Positions 57,762 to 64,000 of a DNA stretch of 64,000 nt are shown piece by piece. Position numbers and translations under genes: made by a program. Source of the DNA: Actinomycetota bacterium. Lineage in GTDB: Bacteria > Actinomycetota > UBA4738 > HRBIN12. The notes under the pieces were generated by a model, which saw only the letters and a list, made by a program, of their open reading frames with translations, ran no database searches and was not told the DNA's origin. The stretch spans positions 6,492-70,491 of the forward strand of contig JACQDK010000040.1 of the NCBI GenBank assembly GCA_016201135.1, read 5' to 3'. The stretch's first letter is position 1. The number at the start of each line of letters is the position of its first letter.

Positions 57762-58220
57762 ATGTGTATGCGCGCGACGTCGGCCCGCGGGCTGGTTCAT
57801 CTCGCCTTGCGTCTGATCCCTGCGGCGCTGCTGCTGTGGGCGGGGCTGGCGAAGGCGTTCGACCGGCAGGAGGCGATCCTGGCGGTGAGCGCGTACGACG
57901 TGCTTCCGTCCACCGCAGCCGAGATCGTGGGCACGGTGCTCCCGTGGATCGAGATCGGGGTTGGCCTGCTGCTCGCGCTCGGGCTGTTCACGCGCGTCGC
58001 CGGGGCCGCGACCGCCGCGCTCGCGCTCGACTGCGGTTGCTTCGGCGGGGGCGGACCGGGCGACGGCGTGAGCTGGTGGGACATCGCAAGAGACGTGCCG
58101 ATCCTTCTCGCCGGCGGGTTCCTGGCGCTGCGCCCGCAGGGTCCGCTCCAGCTCGATTCGTACTTCAGGGAGGAAGCCGATGAGCCGGGAGTCGAAGCGC
58201 ACCCGTCCGTCCAAGGCTGA
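57762..58220 (+). CDS. MauE/DoxX-family membrane protein (possibly with shortened TM3)
   Basis: LLLWAGLAKAFD...LPWIEIGVGLLLALGLFTR...DCGCFGGGG...WWDIARDVPILL. Only 12 residues lie between FTR and DCGCFG, where the family usually has about 28. Confidence 0.7.
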   Translation: MCMRATSARGLVHLALRLIPAALLLWAGLAKAFDRQEAILAVSAYDVLPSTAAEIVGTVLPWIEIGVGLLLALGLFTRVAGAATAALALDCGCFGGGGPGDGVSWWDIARDVPILLAGGFLALRPQGPLQLDSYFREEADEPGVEAHPSVQG

Positions 58221-58824
58221 GCGCCGCGCCGCCGAGCGCCGGCGCGCCCAGCGCCGCATGCTGGCGTTCGCGCTCGGCGGCGCGGCGCTCGTGGGCATCG
58301 CCGTGGCGGTCGTGGTGGCCGGCCGCGACGCCAGCGGTCCGGGGCCCTCCGCCGCCGGAGCGGTCGAGATCGGACGCGCCTCTGGCGCCCAGCTCACGGC
58401 GGGAGAGCTCGTTCCGTCCTTCTCGGCTCCGGCGCTCGGCGGCGGCCGCTTCGAGTGGTCCTCGTACGTGGGGCGCCCCACGGTCCTTGCGGTGTGGGCG
58501 CCGTGGTGCCCGCACTGCCAGAAGGAGCTCCCCAGTCTGTCCGCGGCCGTGGCCGCTCACCCCGGTCTGCAGCTGGTGAGCGTGGCGACCGCGATCGGCC
58601 AGGAACCGGGTCCCTCCGTCCAGGGCTACATGGCGGGCGAGGGGCTGACCTTCCCGGTGGCGATCGACGACGGCGCCGACACGATCGGGCAGGGGCTCGG
58701 GGTCACGGGGTTCCCGCTCGTCTACTACGTCGGGTCCGACGGCCGCGTGATGGACGTGACGGTGGGCGAGGTGCCGCCCGGGCAGCTGGAGTCGCTCCTC
58801 ACCCGCCTGGAGGGCGGACCGTAG
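58180..58824 (+). CDS. Membrane-anchored TlpA/ResA-like thiol:disulfide oxidoreductase
   Basis: N-terminal TM helix and thioredoxin fold with VLAVWAPWCPHCQKELP. AGGGAGGAAG RBS. Confidence 0.85.
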   Translation: MSRESKRTRPSKAERRAAERRRAQRRMLAFALGGAALVGIAVAVVVAGRDASGPGPSAAGAVEIGRASGAQLTAGELVPSFSAPALGGGRFEWSSYVGRPTVLAVWAPWCPHCQKELPSLSAAVAAHPGLQLVSVATAIGQEPGPSVQGYMAGEGLTFPVAIDDGADTIGQGLGVTGFPLVYYVGSDGRVMDVTVGEVPPGQLESLLTRLEGGP

Positions 58825-58827
58825 CGG

Positions 58828-59841
58828 TCAGCCGCCGATCATCGACATGCTACGCGCAGGCTGAACGAAGTCGGCATGGTCGATCCGGTGCCCCGACCAC
58901 TTCCCCCACACCGAGCCGCGGATGAGCTCCTCCAGCTCGCCGTCGCCGGCTCCGGTCCGCATCGGCCCTCGCAGGTCGGTCTCCTCCAGAGCGAACAGGC
59001 AGGCTCGCACCATGCCCTCGGCGGTGAGGCGAAGACGGTTGCAGGTGTCGCAGAAGGGCTCCGTGACGCTGGCTATGACGCCGATCGCACCTGGGGACCC
59101 GTCGGCGAACCGGTAGCGCACGGCGGGCTCGGGACCGTGCCCGTCGGCGACGAGAGGGTGGGCCGCATCGATCCTCTCGAGGATCTCTCGGCTCGGCACG
59201 ACCTTCGCGCGCTCCCACGCGTGCTCGGCGTCGAGCGGCATGTACTCGATGAACCTGACCTCGTAGCCGGTCTCGCGGCTCCAGCGTGCGAACTCGACCA
59301 CCTCGTCGTCGTTCGTGCCGCCGATGACGACGCAGTTGATCTTGATCGGGGATAGGCCGGCTTGTTCGGCGGCCTTCAGCCCCGCCATGACCTTCTCCAG
59401 CGCGTCGCGCCGCGTCATCTCGGCGAACCGGTGGCGCATCAGCGAGTCGCAAGAGACGGTCGCGCGGTCGACCCCGGCCTCGGCGAGCGGGGCGGCGAGC
59501 CGGTCGAGCAGCATGCCGTTCGTGGTGATCGAGATGTCGAGCTCCGGGCCGGCTCCGCGGAACATCCGCGCCAGGTTGGGCAGGTCCGCGCGGACCGTGG
59601 GCTCCCCGCCGGTGACCTTGATCGAACGCACGCCGAGCCGCACGAACAGCGCGAGGAGGCGAGTGAGCTCCTCGAAGGTGAGGATCTCCGAGCGGGGGAG
59701 CCACGCCAGGCCCTCGGCAGGCATGCAGTAGGTACAGCGGAAGTTGCATCGGTCGGTGACCGAGATCCGCAGGTCGTCGGCGATCCGGCCGAAGGTGTCG
59801 ACCAGGGGGCCCGCAGCGGGCGGGGCGGCTCGCTCGCTCAT
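58828..59841 (-). CDS. moaA: GTP 3',8-cyclase (radical SAM)
   Basis: RISVTDRCNFRCTYCMP, GGEPTVR, and C-terminal CDTCNRLRLTAEG cluster. ATG 59841 (track ORF over-extended to 59955). Confidence 0.92.
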   Translation of the reverse strand: MSERAAPPAAGPLVDTFGRIADDLRISVTDRCNFRCTYCMPAEGLAWLPRSEILTFEELTRLLALFVRLGVRSIKVTGGEPTVRADLPNLARMFRGAGPELDISITTNGMLLDRLAAPLAEAGVDRATVSCDSLMRHRFAEMTRRDALEKVMAGLKAAEQAGLSPIKINCVVIGGTNDDEVVEFARWSRETGYEVRFIEYMPLDAEHAWERAKVVPSREILERIDAAHPLVADGHGPEPAVRYRFADGSPGAIGVIASVTEPFCDTCNRLRLTAEGMVRACLFALEETDLRGPMRTGAGDGELEELIRGSVWGKWSGHRIDHADFVQPARSMSMIGG

Positions 59842-59866
59842 CCGTGGAGGGTACAGCCGACCGGGC

Positions 59867-60580
59867 TCAGGGCGCCAGGCTCGCGTCGAACCAGCGCTCG
59901 AACATGGAGCGCCCGTGCGCGCGGATCGCCTCCTCGTTGGCGGCGAGCTCGTCAAGGAGGGACGCGAGCGAACCGGGTCCGAGCACCCGGTCCAGGTACT
60001 CGGCGTAGGCGGGGACCCGGGCCCATCCCTCGGCCATCGCGGTCGAGACCTCGAGGTGGAACTGCACCCCGTAGGCCCTCTCGCCGAACCGGAACGCCTG
60101 GTTGGGGTAGGCAGCCGATCCGGCCAGGCGTACGGCCCCGTCGGGGAGGTCGAACGTGTCGCCGTGCCACTGCAGTGTGAGGAGCGAGCGCGGGAGCCCG
60201 CCGAAGACCGGATCGGCCGCCGCCTCGTCGGTCAGCTCCACCGTCATCAGCCCGACCTCCGGCGCCGGCCCCGCGTAGACGGGCGCGCCGAGGCTCGCGG
60301 CGAGCAGCTGCACGCCCAGGCACGCGCCCCAGTAGGGCGTGCCCGCGCGGACGGCGGCGGCGATCAGGCGCTTCTCGTCGATGAGCCAGGGGAGGTCGTC
60401 GTCGTCGTTCACGCTCATCGGGCCGCCCATCGCCACGATCGCGTCGAAGTCCTCGGTTCCCGGGAGCGGATCCCCCTCGTCGAGCTCCACCCGGTGGATC
60501 TGGGCGCCCCGTTCTCGCAGGACGGTCTCGTACTCGCCCGGCGGCTCGCATGCGATGTGCTGGAGGACAAGGACCCTCAC
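59867..60580 (-). CDS. Class I glutamine amidotransferase-like protein
   Basis: VRVLVLQHIACEPPG...GACLGVQLL (Cys elbow)...VQFHLEV (His-Glu). GTG 60580 follows GGAGGAG and overlaps the upstream stop. Confidence 0.8.
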   Translation of the reverse strand: MRVLVLQHIACEPPGEYETVLRERGAQIHRVELDEGDPLPGTEDFDAIVAMGGPMSVNDDDDLPWLIDEKRLIAAAVRAGTPYWGACLGVQLLAASLGAPVYAGPAPEVGLMTVELTDEAAADPVFGGLPRSLLTLQWHGDTFDLPDGAVRLAGSAAYPNQAFRFGERAYGVQFHLEVSTAMAEGWARVPAYAEYLDRVLGPGSLASLLDELAANEEAIRAHGRSMFERWFDASLAP

Positions 60581-60834
60581 GCCGGCTCCTCCGGAGGCGA
60601 CGGCAGCCGCCGCACGAGCGCGTCGAGCGCGTCGTCGAAGGCCACCGAGTGCGAGACCCCCTCGGCCACGCGGCGGCCGACGGCCGCGCCGAGCACGAAA
60701 GCCGCGAGGGGAGTGTCCGAGCGCTCTACCCGATGGGCCACCTCCCGCGCCGTCGACAGGAGCCTCACGGTCTCCAGCGCCGAGAGCGGCTCCACGCCGA
60801 GTCCCTGAGCCAGACGATCCACCCAATCGCTCAT
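60577..60834 (-). CDS. DUF6457-like small protein (Moco-locus associated)
   Basis: MSDWVDRLAQGLGVEPLSALETVRLLSTAREVAHRVERSDTPLAAFVLGAAVG. ATG 60834 follows GAAGGAGGG. Confidence 0.65.
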   Translation of the reverse strand: MSDWVDRLAQGLGVEPLSALETVRLLSTAREVAHRVERSDTPLAAFVLGAAVGRRVAEGVSHSVAFDDALDALVRRLPSPPEEPA

Positions 60835-60928
60835 GGTCCCTCCTTCGCCACGGTGAACGGTAGCGCGTCCAGCGCCGGCTCGGGCGGGAAGGGGGCCGGT
60901 GCTATGTTCGGGCGCGAAGGAGGACCGG

Positions 60929-62167
60929 ATGAGGTCGCGCTCCGCCGCGCGCGTGTACCAGATCGCCTCCCGCCTATGGCTCACGGCGGCGGGCGTCTCG
61001 CTGCTCCTGCCGGCGCGCGCTCGCCTGGGGTATTGGCTCCCACTGCACCTGACCGTGGCCGGGGCCGTCTCGACGCAGATCTCGGGTGCCATGCAGACCT
61101 TCGCCTGCGCGCTCACAGCCACCCCCGATCCACCCGAGGCAGTGGTGTGGGCGCAGTTCTCGCTGATGACCGCGGGCGCTGGGCTGCTCGCGTTCGGCTA
61201 CCCCACGGATCACCCCGCCATGGTGGCCGCGGGCGGCGCGTGCTTGGCGGCCGGGGCCGCCGTTCTCGGATGGATCGTCTGGCGAGCGTGGCGGCGCGCC
61301 CTGAACCGCCGTCACTCGCTGCCGGTCGCGTCCTACGGCGCCGCCGTGGCATCGGTGCTCCTCGGCGCCGCCTTCGGCGCGCTGGTCGGGAGCGGCGCGG
61401 TGCATGGCGAGACGTGGCTGGCGCTCCGCCGCGCGCACATGACCGTGAACGTGTTGGGGTGGGCCTCGCTCACGATCGCCGGGACGCTCGTGACCCTGCT
61501 GCCAACCGTGCTGCGCGTCCGGATGCCCGCCTGGCATGGTGGAGCGACCGGGCTGCTGCTGGCCGGCGGGCTGTCCGCGGCGGTTGCCGGCCTCGTCTCC
61601 GGTCTGGGGCCGGTGGTCGCGGTCGGGACGCTCGCGTACGCGGGAGGTGCGGCCGGCCTCGCGTGGATGGTCGTGCGCGCGGCCCGCACTCCCCGACGTT
61701 GGCCCGTCCCGCTCGCAGCGAAGCACCTCTTGGCTGGGGTGGCCTGGTTCGTGGCGTGAACGGGCGCGCTGGCGGTCGCGACGCTGCGCGGGATCGAGGG
61801 CTTCGACCGCTTCCGGCAGGTCTTCGTGGTGATGCTCGTCGGAGGGTGGGTCGTGCAGACGCTGCTCGGCGCGTGGCTCTACCTGCTGCCGATGAGCAGG
61901 CCCGGCCATCCCGAGGAGCGGCGAGGTGCGCTCGCCGCGACCGAGCTCGCATGGCCGCTTCAGCTCGCGGCGCTCAACCTCGGACTCGTCCTCATGACGG
62001 CGCGAGCTGCCGGATGGGCGTCCGACCGGGTGGGCCTCGCCGGCACCGCCCTCGCGCTCTTCGGCGGAGGGCTCGCGCTCGCGAAGGCCTGGCTCTTCGG
62101 GGTGCTGGGCAGGGTGGAGGCGATCGCCGACCGCGGGCGGCGCGCTTGGGGGGCCTGGGGCGCCTGA
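60929..62167 (+). pseudogene. Polytopic membrane protein interrupted by in-frame TGA 61757 (or two adjacent same-frame genes)
   Basis: ATG 60929 follows GAAGGAGGA. About 8 TM helices up to ...LLAGVAWFVA-TGA. The same frame continues TGALAVATLRGIEGFDRFRQVFVVMLVGGWVVQTLLGAWLYLLP... to TGA 62167. HxxxNxLGW and GGWxxQ helix motifs repeat on both sides. Confidence 0.55.
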
Positions 62168-62191
62168 CCGACGGCGTGGCAGGATAGGGCC

Positions 62192-63360
62192 ATGGACGCC
62201 GCCGGGGGAGCAGCTCTGCGAGCCGCCGTGCTCACGGTCTCCGACGGCGTGACCGCCGGCACGCGCGCCGACGAGTCGGGCGACGTCGCGACGCTGCTCC
62301 TGCTCGAAGCCGGTTTCGAGGTGGCGACGCGCGCCGTCGTGCCCGATGAGCGGCCCGAGATCGAGGCGAGCCTACGGCTCCTCGCCGGTGATCACGTTCT
62401 GGTGGCAACGACCGGGGGCACCGGGTTCGGTCCACGCGACGTAACGCCCGAGGCGACCCGCGCGGTGATCGATCGAGAGGCGCCGGGACTTGCCGAGCTG
62501 ATGCGCCGCGCCGGCTTCGAGCACACTCCCATGGCCGCGCTCTCCCGCTCCATCGTCGGCAGCCTCGGACGCACGCTAATCGTGAACCTGCCGGGCAGCC
62601 CCAAGGGGGTTCGGGAGTCGCTGGAGGCGATCCTGCCGGTCGTGCCTCACGCCGTGGAGCTGCTCGGCGGGACCGCCGGCCCTCATCCCACCGGTCATCC
62701 GGGGTCGGCGTCGTCCCTGTCGGGCGCGACCGCGGAGGTCCGACGCGAGGGCACCGTGCTCGTCACCGCCGTCAAGCTGATCGGCTCGCCGCCTTGTCCG
62801 GTCGGGGCGAAGATCACCGTCGGCGCCTCGGGGCCGCTCGAGGGAACGCTCGGCTGCGCCGAGTTCGACACCGCCGCGGTCGAGGCGGCGCGCGAGGCGC
62901 TCGGATCGGGCGAGCCGGGCGCTCGCGTGTTCCACCACGAGCTCGGCGACATCGAGGTGTTCGTGGAACCTCAGCAGGCCCCACCGACTTTGGTGGTGGT
63001 GTCGGCCACGCCGGTGGCCCTGGAGCTCCTGCGGCTCGGCCGCGCCCTCGGCTACCGGACCGTGCTCGTCGAGCCCCGCGTCGAGCGGATCACGCCGGAG
63101 CGCCGAGCCCAGGCCGGCGATGTCCGCGCCTCGCTCGAGGGCGTGGCGCTCCATGGGCGCACCGACGCCGTCCACACCGACCACGACGCGCCTGGGGTGG
63201 CCGCGTCGATCGCTGCGCTCCTCCGTTCGCCCGCGAGGTTCGTGGGCGTGATGGGCAGTCGCCGGCACGTGGGTCCCCACGTTCAGGAGCTGAAGGCAAT
63301 GGGCTTCGGCGAGGACGACCTGTCGCGCGTGCGATCGCCGATCGGCCTGGACCTCGGCGG
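62192..63360 (+). CDS. MogA/MoaB-type molybdopterin adenylyltransferase fused to XdhC/CoxI-type Moco-insertion chaperone; 3' end lost at a junction
   Basis: Absent from the ORF track because this frame has no stop before nt 64000. LTVSDG...TTGGTGFGPRDVTPEAT...LIVNLPGSPKGV (MogA), a linker, then GPLEGTLGCAEFD and VVVSATPVALELLRLG...GVMGSRRH...SPIGLDLGG (XdhC). Recognisable protein sequence ends at about 63359. Confidence 0.75.
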
Positions 63361-63974
63361 TGGCGGGGCTCGACGCGCTCGAGTTCGGCTGCGGCGGATG
63401 CCAGTCCGGCATCAAGGTGGCGACGCTCGGCGCGCGGGTGGTCGGGATGGACTTCTCGGGGACGCAGCTGCACCACGGCCTCCGTCACATGGCGGAGACC
63501 GGCGTGCGGTTCCCGATCGTGCAGGCGAGCGGCGAGGAGATCCCCTTCCGCCCCGAGAGCTTCGACCTGGTCTTCTGCGACCACGGGGTCATGGGCTTCG
63601 CCGATCCGTACCTCACGGTCCCGGGGGTCGCTCGCTCCCTCCGCCCCGGCGGGCTCTTCGTGTTCAACGTGCCGACCCCGATCTTGTGGATGGCGTGGGG
63701 CGACGAAGGCGACGGGCCGCCGACGCGGGAGCTCCGTTGGGACTACTTCGGGATGCGAAGCGCCGACTCCACGGACCCGGAGTGGCTGACGACCGACTTC
63801 CAGCTCACGTACGGAGACTGGATCCGGCTCTTCCGGGCAAGCGGCCTGCACGTCGAGGATCTGATCGAGCTGCGACCCGCTGCGGACGCGACCACCACCT
63901 ACGATGGATACGCTCCGCTCAAGTGGGCGCGCGCCTTCCCGGCGGAGAACATCTGGAAGGTGCGGAAGGCCTGA
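63360..63974 (+). pseudogene. Class I SAM-dependent methyltransferase lacking its N-terminal ~35-40 aa
   Basis: Starts inside motif I (GLDALEFGCGGCQSG...VVGMDFSGTQL...FDLVFCDHGVM...LRPGGLFVF). No RBS. The apparent GTG 63360 lies on the junction with the xdhC frame. Confidence 0.65.
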
Positions 63975-64000
63975 AGTGCGTCGGCCTGGTGGCGTGCGGC

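Overview
Very GC-rich chromosomal segment (third codon positions almost all G/C; exact GC not computed) with the conserved housekeeping synteny of Actinomycetota. The blocks are tilS-hpt-ftsH-folE-folP-folB-folK-panC-coaX-lysS-clpC, then radA, carD-ispD-ispF-rlmB-like, and a CIRCE-controlled groEL. A TreT-type trehalose synthase next to otsA/otsB hints at a deep-branching, Rubrobacter-like lineage (inference only). About 75 protein genes and two tRNA-Thr genes are supported. I saw no rRNA, CRISPR, transposase, integrase, prophage or recognisable defence genes. Accessory content: a mirror-symmetric DsrE-TusA-SQR-TusA-DsrE sulfur-relay operon; a treT-otsA/otsB trehalose locus; a molybdenum-cofactor neighbourhood with a MogA-XdhC fusion; two paralogous ~650-690 aa polytopic membrane proteins; an FHA-LuxR regulator paired with a kinase-like gene; and a GroES-like protein with a basic tail. 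The most unusual signal is not one gene cluster. At least 11 lesions break or gut conserved, normally indispensable genes: internal deletions in the kinase, capA, hpt, clpC and acs; two deletion junctions spanning gene boundaries; in-frame TAG in folE; two in-frame TGA codons and a frameshift in membrane proteins. This could be assembly damage (for example stripped scaffold gaps) or real genome decay or mutagenesis, and I cannot tell which from sequence alone. All family names come from motif recognition by eye; no database search was run. Many long ORFs in the supplied track are antisense or off-frame artefacts of high GC and are not reported.
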